64,000 nt of DNA from an uncultured Actinomycetota bacterium (GTDB lineage: Bacteria; Actinomycetota; Actinomycetes; Mycobacteriales; SCTD01), in NCBI GenBank assembly GCA_963815615.1, contig CAWFHF010000008.1, forward strand, positions 8,766 to 72,765, written 5' to 3'. The position numbers were made by a program, and so were the translations under genes. A model generated the notes under the pieces. That model had not been told where the DNA came from, ran no database searches, and saw only the letters and a list, made by a program, of their open reading frames with translations. Shown here one piece after another: positions 1 through 10,595 of this stretch (position 1 is the stretch's first letter; each line of letters opens with the position of its first letter).

Positions 1-1179
1 GCGCGTTGTTGCTGAGCAGCGCGTAGAGCGTGCCCGTCCTCGCGGTCGGTGATCGTCACGGTGCCGCGGGCCGGGGAGACGACCGCGCCGCCCGTCGGGC
101 GCGACAGGACGACGTCGAAGGTCTCGGCGCCCTCGAGGCCGCCGTCGCCGCTGGTGACGACGCTGAAGGTCTTGGAGGACTCGCCCGCGGCGAAGGTCAG
201 TGTCGCGGTCGTGCGCGTGTAGTCGCTGCCCTCGGTGGCCGAGCCGCTGGCGGTGGCGACGTCGACGGACTGCGCGTCGGCGAGGTCGCCGGTGCGGCGC
301 ACGGTCACGGTGGCGCTGCCGCCCTCGGTCGACGGTCGCGTCCGCGACGCGGAAGGCCGGGGTGGCGACGGTGATGTCCTCGACCGTGTTCGCCAGGGCG
401 CCGACGCGCGCAGCGGTGCCCGCGCTCAGGTCGACCCGGTACAGGCTGACGCCGGTCAGGGTCTGCAGGCTCGCGTACGCCGTGCCGGTGGCACCGTCGA
501 CGTCGAAGCCGTTGTTGTTGAGGATGTCGACGCCGAGGCCGGTGCCGACCGGCGTCAGGGTGCCCGCGTTCGGCGGGTCCTGCCGGACCAGGGCGTTGCG
601 GTCGCTGTCGAGGTCGAACAGGCGCGTCGAGGTCGTGCCGGCGAGGTTGTCGGTGTAGGCCGCGCCCGTGACCTGCGGGGCGCTCTGGCCCGCGCCGTAG
701 CTGAGGGCGCCGTCGGTGACCGTGGTGCCGCTGGCGAACGGGTGGCGCAGGTTCTGGCCGTTGTTGCTGACGATGCGCAGGGCGTCGGCCTGGGGGTTCA
801 CGTCGACGCCGAAGACCGAGCCGCTGAGGCGGACGTCGAGCGTGTCGACCGCCGTGACGGCGCCGGTGACCGGGTCGATGCTGATGATCCGGTCCGACGT
901 CGCGCCCTGCGTCACGCCGAGCAGCTGGCCGGTCGCCGGGCGGACGTCGATGCCGACGACGTCCTCGTCGAGCCGCAGGCCGCTGAGGGCGACGCCGCTC
1001 GTGGCCGTCAGGCTCTCGGCCCGGACGGTGACGAGGCGGTCGTCGGTGGTGAGGCCGTACAGCAGCGCCCCTCCGGGGGCCGCGGACGCGCTGGACGACA
1101 GCACGACCGTGCCCGCCCCCGCGAGGGCCAGGGTGGTCAGTGCGGCCAGGGTCTTCGTGCGCCTGCTCCGGGTGGTCAC
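1..1179 (-). pseudogene. secreted DUF4394-domain protein with Calx-beta-like C-terminal domain; 3' end runs off the window; one apparent frame change near 329
   Basis: Own translation of the minus strand from GTG 1179 (GGAGG at 1187-1191): VTTRSRRTKTLAALTTLALAGAGTVVLSSSASAAPGGALLYGLTTDDRLV..FGVDVNPQADALRIVSNNGQNLRH, i.e. signal peptide plus DUF4394 motif. After a +1 frame change near 329 it continues GGSATVTVRRTGDLADAQSVDVATASGSATEGSDYT..LTFAAGESSKTF (Calx-beta-like). It is not listed as one ORF in the track because it is frameshifted and leaves the window. Confidence 0.6.
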
Positions 1180-1282
1180 CGGCGTACCTCCATCGGTCGA
1201 GCCGACGGGCGGACTGCCCGTCTTGTCCTAGGAGCGACGTACGGGGCCCCGCCGCTGTTCCGCGTGTGACCCAGGACACGCC

Positions 1283-1314
1283 GCAGGGGCGGCCCCTTGC
1301 GGGACCGCCCCTGC
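1283..1314 (-). terminator. GC-rich hairpin downstream of the second DUF4394 gene
   Basis: gcaggggcgg (1283-1292) and ccgcccctgc (1305-1314) form a perfect 10-bp stem with a 12-nt loop. It lies about 40 nt after the stop at 1356 on the minus strand. No U-tract. Confidence 0.45.
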
Positions 1315-1355
1315 GGGTCGGTGCTGGTCGTGCTGGGAGTGCTGCGGGCTGCTGC

Positions 1356-3393
1356 TTAGCGCTGCGGCCCGGCGTAGATCGCGGTCGGGCGAGCCCGGCC
1401 GCCGTTGCTCTCACCCGTGGCGTTGGTCAGCGTCTGGCCCGTGCGGGTCAGGAAGCCGAACACGCCGCTGCCGGTGAAGACGCGACGGATCCGGTAGGTA
1501 CCGGTGCTGTCGGTCTTGAGCTGGCTCGTCAGGACCTCCTGGCCGCTGTTGGTCTCGCGGTAGAGGGTGATGAGCTGGCCGGCGCGACGGGGCAGGATGC
1601 GGCCCTGGAAGGTGTAGTCGCGGCTGCCGTTGCGGACGACCGTCAGGCTGAGCGCCGTCTTGACGTTGATCACGATCGGACGGGCTGCCCGTGTTGGCGA
1701 CACCGGTGACGGCCGCGAACAGGCGGGTGTTGGTGCCCGGCACCACGTTGAACTCGATGACGCCGGAGGCCGGGATGGTGCCGCGACGGGCGACCCGGTA
1801 GTCGGTGCTCGGGCGGCTGTAGGCCTGCAGCTCGATGACCGAGCCGGCCCGACCGGTGACGCGCACGGTCGCAGCGACACCCGGGGTGATGACGGCCGGG
1901 CTCACGCTGATGCCGAGGCGGCCGGGGGGCGTCGTCGCCGAGGGCGACGCGCTGGCGCTGCTGGACGCGCGGCGCTGGCCGAGGCACTGGCCGACGCGCT
2001 GGCGCTGGCCGACGCGGACGGGCTGGCGCTGCCGGTCGGCGTCACGCCGCCGCCACCGCCGCCAGCCGCCGCCGCCACCGCCACCGCCGGCACCCGTGCC
2101 GTTGCCGGCGGGAGTGAGCGAGGTGTCCTTGATGGTGACGAGCGTGGAGTTGGCGCTGGTGGGCGCCGTGTTGCCCGACGGCGTGAACGTGACGCGGAGC
2201 GTCTCGTCGCCCTCGGTGGTGCTGTCCGCCACCGCGGTGAGGGTGAGCACGGTGCTGGTGGCCCCGGCCGGGATCGTCACCGTGCCGGTGGCCGGCGTGG
2301 CGTCGGTCCCGGGCGTGGCGGCCGTGGTGGCCGTGGTCGTGGCGCCCGCGGTCGTGAAGTTCACGGTCGCCGCCGTGGCGCTGTCACCGGTGCGGGTGAG
2401 CACGACGTCGACGGTCGAGCCCTCGTTCACCGTCGCGGTCGCCGGCGCGGAGACGCGCGGGCTGGCGATGGCGATGTCCTTCGAGCGGGACGCCCGGCAG
2501 GCCGAGGCGCGTCAGGTTCAGGTTGCCGGCAGGCGCGCCGCCGGCGACGGCGGCAGCCGGGAAGGCGCTCACCGCGTACAGCGCAGCGGCGAGGTCGGCG
2601 GGGTTGTTGGAGTCACGGAGCAGGGCGAGGCCCTGGTCGGTGACGGCCTCGATGTCGAGCCCGACCGTGGCCGAGTCAGCAGGCGAGACGTCGACGGTCG
2701 CGGTCGCGCCGCCGACGGTGACGGTGGGCGTGGCGACGGTGCGCAGCATGCCCAGGTCCGGGCCGGGGGTCTGCTCGGCGAAGGCGTCCTGGAAGAGGAC
2801 GTCGTAGTCGATGAGCCGGGTGGCAGCAGCGCCGAAGACGTTGTTGGTGTACGCCGCAGCAGCGACGTTCGCCGCAGAGCCCGGGAACGACGGGTCGGTG
2901 GCGGAGTACGTCAGCGGCGACGTGGTCGCGCTGGTCGTCCCGGTCGGCGTGATGTTCAGGTTCTGCCCGGTGTCGCTGACGATGCGGATGCGGTCGGCGG
3001 CGGGGTTGAAGTCGAACCCGAAGGCGGTGCCGGACAGCGGCGTCCCGACCGTGCGGGCGAAGGTCGCCATGGTCGACCCCGGTGCCGGGGGTCAGGACGT
3101 AGACGTTGCCCGAGCCGCCGAGGCGCGTAGAGCTCGCCCGTGGCGGGGCGGACGTCGATGCCCAGCAGGTTCTCGCCGCCGTTGAGGCCGAGGATCGCGG
3201 TGGGCGCCGACACGGCCGCGGGGGCCGTGGAGCGGAAGGTCGTGAGCTGGTTGGTCGTCGTCAGGCCGTAGACCAGGACGCCGGGAGCGCCCGCCACGTC
3301 GGCAGACGCGCTGCCGGTGAGGCCGAACAGGCCTCCGGCAGCGAGCGCGGTGGCCGCGAGGGCCGCCAGGCTCTTGTTCAAGGGGGTAGGCAA
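1356..3393 (-). pseudogene. secreted DUF4394-domain protein with Calx-beta-like domain (paralogue of the gene at 1-1179); multiple frame changes
   Basis: Track ORFs 2956..3504, 2384..3070, 1411..2430, 1902..2093 and 1356..1880 (all minus) are consecutive pieces of one protein. Order: signal peptide (LNKSLAALAATALAAGGLFGLTGSASA); DUF4394 (LVYGLTTTNQL, FGFDFNPAADRIRIVSDTGQNLNI); Calx-beta-like (NEGSTVDVVLTRTGDSATAATVNFTT..TLRVTF); Gly and Ser/Ala linker; C-terminal beta-rich domain. Start proposed at TTG 3393 (AGGAG 5 nt upstream). Frame changes near 3110, 3070, 2490, 2090-1950 and 1690. Confidence 0.65.
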
Positions 3394-3557
3394 AGGAGCT
3401 CCTAGGAGGTCGAGCAGGACACAGGGCTCGAGGGTCTCGAACCTGCGCGGAGTAGACGGACCCGTACGACTGAGAGGACGAACGGGGTGGTCCCTGGTCG
3501 TCATCCTGCCCCTAGTCCGTACGGTGACGCCAGGCAGGTCGGCCTGACTCTTCCGGC

Positions 3558-3563
3558 TAGCGT
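3558..3563 (+). promoter_or_regulatory. possible -10 hexamer (TAGCGT) placed for a leaderless cysS transcript
   Basis: TAGCGT fits the actinobacterial TANNNT -10 consensus and ends 6 nt before the GTG start at 3570. No Shine-Dalgarno sequence is visible in between. Confidence 0.25.
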
Positions 3564-3569
3564 GGCCCG

Positions 3570-4979
3570 GTGCTGCGCCTCACCGACACCCGGACCCGAC
3601 GGGTCGAGGAGATCGTCCCCTCGACGCCCGGCCTGCTCACCGTCTACGCCTGCGGCCCCACCGTGTACCGGTACGCCCACGTCGGGAACCTGCGCACCTT
3701 CCTGCTCACCGACCTGGTGCGGCGGACGGCCGAGCAGCACGGGCTGCGGGTGCGCCTGGTGCAGAACATCACCGACGTCGGCCACATGCAGGACGACAGC
3801 GGCATCGACGACGGCGGCGAGGACAAGCTGCTGGCCCAGGCCCGGCTGGAGGACAGGAGCCCGTTCGCCGTCGCCCGGTTCTACGAGGACGCCTTCCACG
3901 CGGACCTGCGGGCGCTGAACGTCCACCCGGCCGACGCCTACCCGCGGGCCAGCGAGTGGATCGACAGCATGCTGGCGCTGACGCAGAAGCTCGTCGACGC
4001 CGGGAACGCCTACGTCGGCGACGACGGGACCGTCTACTTCGACGGCGCAGAGCTTCGCGGGCTACGGCGCGATCAGCGGCAACCGGCTGGAGGACCTGCG
4101 CGCCGGCCACGGCGGCGGGCGGGGAGTCGACGGCGTCGGGCAAGCGCTTCCACGCCGACTGGGCGCTGTGGAAGCGGGCCGGCGAGGCCCGCGAGATGAC
4201 CTGGGACAGCCCCTGGGGCCGCGGCTTCCCGGGGTGGCACCTGGAGTGCTCGGCGATGTCGCTGGACCTCGTCGGCGAGACGATCGACGTCCACACCGGC
4301 GGGATCGACCTGCGCTTCCCGCACCACGAGGACGAGCGGGCCCAGAGCGACAGCGCCGTCGGGCACGAGGTCGTGCGGCACTGGGTGCACGGCGAGCACC
4401 TGCTGTTCGAGGGCCGCAAGATGGCCAAGTCGACCGGCAACGTCGTGCTGGTGTCGCGACGTCGTCGAGCGCGGCCACGACCCGCTCGCGCTGCGCCTGG
4501 CCTTCCTCACCAGCCGCTACCGCCAGCAGGCCAACCTGTCCTGGGACGCGATCGCGGCCGGCCAGAAGACGCTGGACCGCTGGCGGGCGTCGGTGGCGGC
4601 GTGGGCCGAGGAGCCGTCGCAGGCGATGGCGCCGGCCTACCGCGACGAGGTGCTGGCGGCCTTCGACGACGACCTCGACACCCCCCGCGCCCTGCAGGTG
4701 CTGCGCCGGCTGGAGAAGGACGACGACGTCGCCCCCGGGGCGAAGTTCGAGACCTTCGCGTGGGCCGACCGGCTGCTGGGGCTGGACCTGGCCCGCGACG
4801 TCGGGCGGGCGAAGCCGGTGGCCGAGCTGCCGGACGGCGCCCAGGAGCTGCTGGACGCCCGGGCGCAGGCGCGCGCCGGCAAGGACTTCGGCGAGAGCGA
4901 CCGGCTGCGCGACGCGCTGGCCGGCCTCGGCGTCGTCGTGAAGGACACCAAGGCCGGCCAGGAGTGGTCGCCGGCCTGA
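3570..4979 (+). pseudogene. cysS: cysteine--tRNA ligase, interrupted by three +1 frame changes
   Basis: Track ORFs 3570..4199, 3956..4996 and 4593..4979 join into a class I aminoacyl-tRNA synthetase. Motifs: HVGN (HIGH) in VYACGPTVYRYAHVGNLRTF; WGRGFPGWHLECSAM; KMAKSTGN (KMSKS); CysRS-type C-terminus LLDARAQARAGKDFGESDRLRDALAGLGVVVKDTKAGQEW. Frame changes near 4040, 4130 and 4457. Confidence 0.8.
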
Positions 4980-4982
4980 GGG

Positions 4983-7261
4983 CTACCGCGCGCTGAACGT
5001 GGAGCGGGGCGCGGCGCCCAGCGGCTTCCCGCCGTAGACGACCGTGCCGGCCGCGTCCTGGTAGGTCAGCCAGGTCACCGCGGCCTGGAAGCCCTTGCCG
5101 GGCTTGCTGTAGTCGCAGACGCCGGTCGGGAACGCCTTCTTCAGCGCCGCCTGCTGGGCGGCGTCGAACACCTCGCTGAACGGCTTGCCGGCGTAGACGT
5201 GCTCCTCGATCGGCATGGTCTGGCAGTCGAGGCGGTCGTCGCTGAACCCGACGGCCGCCGGGCCGACGCCGTTGACGGGTGCCGCGTCGCCGCCGCCGGC
5301 CTCGATGCGCGGCGAGGAGAACAGCGTCGCGTCGACGGTGGTGTCGCAGACCGACAGGGGGACGTCGGTGCCGCCGGGGCCGACGCAGCGCTCGGACGGG
5401 CCGACCTTGGTGCGGGCGTCGAGGATGCGGCGGGCCAGCGGGTGGGACTGCGGCTCCCGGCCGACGGCGCCGAGCCAGTGGTCCATCGCCCGGATGCTGT
5501 CGTCGACGAACGAGGGGTCGCCGAGCAGCGGGGTCTGGCCCTCCCAGAAGACCTGGTTGGCGGCGGTGCCGTGCTCGCGGAGCAGCCGGGCGCGCATGGC
5601 GTACTTGCGGTAGACGTCGTGGAAGGCGCCGGGCTCGGGCCCGCCGAGGTCGATGATCGCGACCTCGTCGAGGTGGGCGCCGGTGTTGACGGCGCCGCTG
5701 CGGTAGACCCGCTCCTGCGCGACCGGGTCGCCCTGGGTGCGCTCGGCGGTCCGCTCGAAGTCGATGTCGTAGCCGCCGGCGTTGACGTTGAGGGCGACGA
5801 ACTGGTCCGGCGTGAGCGGCGGCCGGGTCGGGTCGCCGGCGTTCTCGCCGAGGAAGGACGAGCAGCCCGGACAGGCCGTACTGGACGCCGACGTTGCTGA
5901 TCGGGCGGTGCGCCTTGCCCGTCGGCGTCGAGCCCGAAGACGTTGCGCATGTAGTCCTGGAACGAGCAGCGCACGCCCTTCGGGTTCTCGCGCTGAAGAC
6001 GTCCTCGGGCGCACGCCGGGGCAGTCCGGCTGGGGTCACCGCTGTTCGGGATCGCCGTGGTGAAGGTGATCTGGTTGCCGGGGTTGGCGTGGCCGAAGAT
6101 CGACGGCCACTGCGCCGGCAGGATGCCGGCTCTGGGCCGAGCCGGGGCCCTCGAGGTACTCGCGCAGGCCGACGTAGTCGACGTACTGCTGCGCCGAGCT
6201 CCAGGCGTCGGTGAAGGAGCACTGCGGCGTGATCCCCTGGTACACGCCGGGGTAGGCGTTCGCGACCTGCTGCTGCACGAGCGAGCCGCCGGAGCAGCCG
6301 CTGCCGATCGTGTAGCGCAGCGGGCCGAACCGCTCGACCACCATCTCCTTGGTCATGATCAGCGACTCGGCCTGGGTGACCAGGTTGCAGTTGTGGCCGG
6401 CGTTGTCGAGCGCGTGGGACGCGACGGCGAAGCCCTGCGCGAGGGCGTCCTCGAGCAGGACGTCGGGGGCGCTGCCGCTCTCGTAGGCGGTGTCGCAGCT
6501 GGCGCCGTGGGTGAGCACGAGCTTGTCGGCGAACCCCGGGTTCTTCGCGGTCGGGTCGGGCCGCGGGCCCTGGGCGGGGTCCCAGAGCGCCGCGATCCGG
6601 TACTGGTCGCGCAGGCGAGTACCCGGTCTCCTCGCGCACGATGAACGGCACGGTGCTGCCCTCGTCGGTCGTCGTCGTCGCGACGTCGCTCGGCGGGCTG
6701 GCGGGGTCGTAGGCCGCCAGGGCGCCGCCGGAGGCGGGCTTGTAGAGGTAGGCGACGGCCGGGGCCTGGCTGCAGTCCTTGGCCTTGGAGCCGTTGCCGC
6801 AGGTCCAGGGCTCGATCAGCGGGCCGGAGAAGACCGGGCCGCCCTGCGGGGCGTTGCGCACGGCGAGCGTGGCGCGGCCGGCGCCCGGCACGACGGCCGT
6901 GAGCGTCGTCGCCCCGAGCGGGAGGCCGGTGACCAGGCCGCGCAGGCCGGGGCCCGCCGCCGGAAGGCCTTCGTCACGTCGCGGGTGCCGGCGGTGACGC
7001 GCACCCTGCGGGTGTCGGTGCCGCGCGGCACGACGACCTCGACGAGCGCGTCCCCGCCGCTGACCAGCTCGGGCCGGGTCGACAGCGCCCGCACCTGCAC
7101 CGGCGCGCCGGAGTCGAGCGGTCGAAGGAGGAGTAGGCGGGCACGGCCAGCGGCCCGGCGGGGGCCGCGGCGGCGGCCGACGGCAGCGCCACGACGGCGG
7201 CACCGGCGAGCAGCGGCAGCGTCAGCAGCGCCGCGCGCACGCGGAGGGACAGGGGAGGCAC
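4983..7261 (-). pseudogene. secreted DUF6351 / tannase-feruloyl-esterase-like hydrolase, heavily frameshifted
   Basis: Pieces lie in track ORFs 6974..7300, 6816..7100, 4507..7203 (internal part only), 6036..6518, 5141..5974 and 4983..6014. Features: signal peptide LRVRAALLTLPLLAGAAVVALPSAAAAAP; nucleophile-like YTIGSGCSGGSLVQQQ; conserved C-terminus PTGVCDYSKPGKGF. GTG 7261 has GGAG 7 nt upstream. At least eight frame changes, two of which look like -1 rather than +1. Family name from memory. Confidence 0.55.
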
Positions 7262-7327
7262 CGGCAGGCTCCGATCAGCGATGTTGCAACGTCCGTGCAA
7301 CCTTCGCCGTCGGGCGGCCGACTCCTG

Positions 7328-9017
7328 CTAGCCCGAGCTCGGCGGCGGGCCGCAGACGAAGTTCGGCTCGGGCAGGTAGCGGGTGGAGAACCGCTCCCGC
7401 TTGACCTCGCGCCCGCCCTGGCGGAACACGCGCGTGACGACGACGTCGAAGCCCTCGTGGCCGGAGGCGGGCGTGCAGTCCTCGCGGGTGACGTACTGCT
7501 TCTCGAACGGCCGGACGCGGGTGCGCGGTCCCTTCTGCGCCTCGATCTCGTAGCGCTTGGTGCCCCAGAAGGTCACCGTCACCGAGGTGCCGGTGCTGGA
7601 GGTGGTGACCAGGACGCCCTTGCCGGAGTCGTTGCGCCACTTGAGGTCGACCTCGGGGTAGAAGACCGTCGCCTCGCGCCCCTCCGGGTAGCGGGTGATG
7701 TAGTAGCTGTGCGCCTTGTGCTCGACGTCCTCGAGGCCGCTGAAGAACACGGCGTTGAACATCGTGGTGGCGAACTGGCTGACGCCTCCCCCGACGTCCT
7801 TGACGAACTCGCCGTCCAGGATCTGCGGCGCCGACACGAAGCCCTTGGCCGCCGTCCGGCGCCCGACCGAGCCGTTGAGGCTGAAGATCTCGCCCGGCAG
7901 CACCAGGGTGTCGTCGACGAGCGCGGCGATCCGCCGGATGTTGGTGACCCGCGGGCGCGCAGCACGGGAAGCGCGTGGTGAAGGTGCCGATGACCTCGTC
8001 GACGCCGAGGGCCTCGGCCTCGGCGGTGGTCAGCTCGGGCTCGGCCTCCACGAGCGGCGACGGTGGCCGTCCGCGGCGCGGGCGCTGCGAGCACCGGCAG
8101 CAGGGCGCGGGTGAGGGCGGCGGGGTCGAGGGTGCGGCCGGTCCTCGACGGCGTGACGACGGGGGCACCGCCGCGCAGCCGGATCCGGGCGTCGACGGGC
8201 GTCCTGCTCGACGGCGTCGACCCGCTCGCCGAGGGAGGCCATGAGCTTCGCGGCGTCGAGGCGCGGGGTGATCGCCCCGTCGTCGCCCGCCTGCAGCACG
8301 AGCGACGGCGGCGACGTCGGCGGGGCGGACGGTGAGGGTGCGCTGCCCCGACGGCGACGGCGACCGGGGCGGCGACGGCCGGCCGGGCGACACCGGTCAG
8401 CGCCTGCTGCACCCCCTCGGCGGTGCTCTGCACGTCCTCGACCTCGACGACGGCGTCGACCGGCTCCGAGGTGCGCCAGCCAGGCCTCGCGGGCGACGGT
8501 CGACGGTGGCGGCGACGTCCAGGGTGCGGCCGGTCAGCGGGGCGACGGCGACCGGCGTGGTGCCGTCGAAGCGGACCGCCCCCTCGCGCGGCTCCCGGTC
8601 GACCTCCTCGGCCACCGCCTCGACGGCGGCCAGCAGCAGGTCGTCGTCGACGGCGGGCACGGCCTCGAGGTCGCGGCGCGCGCCGAGCAGGCCCTGCACG
8701 CGGTCGAGCGGCCCGCCGGCCAGGGCGTCGTCGGCCAGGGCGTCGAGGTCGACGGTGAGGCCGGAGCGCGCCGGTGACAGCGGGTGGGGCTCGCCGTCGG
8801 CCAGCAGGACCAGCGGGGTGGCGGCGCGGTCGGACAGGGCGCGCTCGGCGGCGGCACGGGCCTGCGCGCGGGTCAGGCCGCCGAGGTCGGTCCCCTCGAC
8901 GTGCACCCCGCGGGGCACGGTGTCGCCGGTCGACGCCGCCGCGACGCCGACGAGCGCGCCGCCCGCGACCACCGTCCCGCCCAGCACGACGAGCAGGGTC
9001 CGCCCGAGGGAGGGCAC
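7328..9017 (-). pseudogene. VanW family protein, about seven frame changes
   Basis: ORFs 8397..9158, 7579..8433, 7275..8393, 8030..8299 and 7328..7903 tile one protein. It has an N-terminal TM helix (LGRTLLVVLGGTVVAGGALVGVAAA), repeated linker domains, and the VanW core LPGEIFSLNGSVGRRTAAKGFVSAPQI..GGGVSQFATTMFNAVFFSGLE. GTG 9017 lies 3 nt after the flavin reductase stop. Confidence 0.75.
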
Positions 9018-9019
9018 CG

Positions 9020-9523
9020 TCAGGCCTCCGCGAGCGAGCGGTAGCGCCCGCCGAAGTAGAGCAGCGGCGCGGCGTCGGGGTCGGGCTCGGACAGCGCGAG
9101 CACCTCCCCGACGACGACGGTGTGGTCGCCGGCGTCGGTGGTGCTCACGGTGCGGCACTCCAGGGCGGCCAGCGCGCCGACCAGCACCGGTGCCCCGGTG
9201 GCCGCGCCCGGCAGGTGGTCGACGGCGTCGAACTGGGTGTCGAGGTCGCGGCCGCGCAGGGCGAAGGTGCGCGAGGCCTCCTCGTGCTCGGCGGCCAGGA
9301 CCGACACCGCCCAGGTGCCGGTCTCGAGGACGGCGTCGTGGAAGCGCGCGGTCTGGTCGGCGCAGAACAGCACCAGCACCGGCTCCAGCGAGACCGAGGT
9401 GAAGGAGTTGCAGGTCATGGCGTGCTTCTCGCCGCTCGGCAGCACGGTCGTGACGACGGTGACGCCGGTGGCGAAGCGGCCGACGACGCGCCGGTGCTCC
9501 AGCGGGTCGACGGCGGTCTGCAC
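9020..9523 (-). CDS. flavin reductase family protein (FMN-binding split barrel)
   Basis: Intact 167-aa ORF. VGRFATGVTVVTT..AMTCNSFTSVSLEPVLVLFC..HTVVVGEV is the HpaC-like flavin reductase pattern. Confidence 0.85.
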   Translation of the reverse strand: MQTAVDPLEHRRVVGRFATGVTVVTTVLPSGEKHAMTCNSFTSVSLEPVLVLFCADQTARFHDAVLETGTWAVSVLAAEHEEASRTFALRGRDLDTQFDAVDHLPGAATGAPVLVGALAALECRTVSTTDAGDHTVVVGEVLALSEPDPDAAPLLYFGGRYRSLAEA

Positions 9524-9547
9524 GCTCGCGACTCTACGTTCCGGCCC

Positions 9548-10547
9548 TCAGGTCCCGGCGCCGGCCCGCCCGGCCAGGCGGGCGTTGTCGATGACGATCG
9601 CCGCCGGGCCCTCCACGATCTTGAGCGTGCGACAGCGCCGTCTCGCCGAAGGCGTTCTTGGCCGCGCTCGACAGCGCCAGCACGCCGACGACGGCCCCGC
9701 CGTGCCCGCGCAGCGGCATCGACAGGAAGGTCGACATGGGCGCGGACTCGGCGCCGCCGGGCAGGTCGTCGGGGTCCTCGACGAGGGTGCCGCCGGCCTG
9801 CGCCACCCGCGCCGACAGCGCCTCGGGGGCTCGAGCGCGACCCCGTAGGACCGCAGCGACTCGGTCGCCGCCGACGACGAAGTCGGCGTAGTGGCTCTGC
9901 GCCGTCGGGCGGCCGACCGCGACGTAGGCGGCGGCCTCCTCGGCGAGCACGACAGCGGCCAGGTCGTAGCCGACGAAGCGCTGCGCGACGCCGAGCAGGG
10001 CGGCGACCGTGGCCTCCAGGCCGTGACGCCGTGGCGGCGATCGCCGGTGACCGAGGAGGCGACGGAGGACTCGAAGAGCTTGCGGTCGAGCAGGTCGCAG
10101 ACGCGCGACAGGACGTCCTCCTCGGTCAGCCCGACGGGGTCGTTCGCCAGCCGCGGCCGTCCGCCGCGCGAGCGCCGACGCCGCCAGCAGGACCTCGTCG
10201 ATGGTGCCGGCGAGCTCGGGCGCCTCGAAGTCCTTGGTGAGGTACCGGTCGACGCCGGCCTGCCCGGCCCAGTAGCGGTCCGAGGCGGCGTCCAGCGAGG
10301 TGAGCATGACGACGGGGATGTCCGCCGTCGACCAGTCGTCCTTGAGCACGCGCGCGGCGATGAAGCCCGAGACGCGGGGCATCTGGACGTCGAGGACGAC
10401 GGCGTCGGGCTGGCACGGCGAAGACCTGCTGCACCGCGCCGATGCCGTCCTCGGCCTGGACGACCTCGTGCCCGGCCTTGTCCAGCACGGACTGGAGACG
10501 ATCCGGCGCAGGGTCGGGCTGTCGTCGGCGATCACGATGCGTGCCAT
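9548..10547 (-). pseudogene. response regulator with receiver + GAF domains (no recognisable output enzyme or DNA-binding domain); about seven frame changes
   Basis: Receiver: MARIVIADDSPTLRRIV..DAVVLDVQMPRVSGF..VVMLTSLD..YLTKDF. GAF-like C-terminus: AVVGVLALSSAAKNAFGETAL, then in another frame LKIVEGPAAIVIDNARLAGRAGAGT, ending at TGA 9548-9550. ATG 10547 has GGAGG 8 nt upstream. Confidence 0.7.
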
Positions 10548-10595
10548 CTGCTGACCCTCCCACCTGCGGCGCCGGTGCACCCACGCGACTCCGCA

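Noticed and set aside
3570-4979. Programmed ribosomal frameshifting as an explanation for the frame changes
   Set aside because: There are far too many events per gene, I could see no shared slippery heptamer or downstream structure at the junctions, and the events occur on both strands in unrelated genes.
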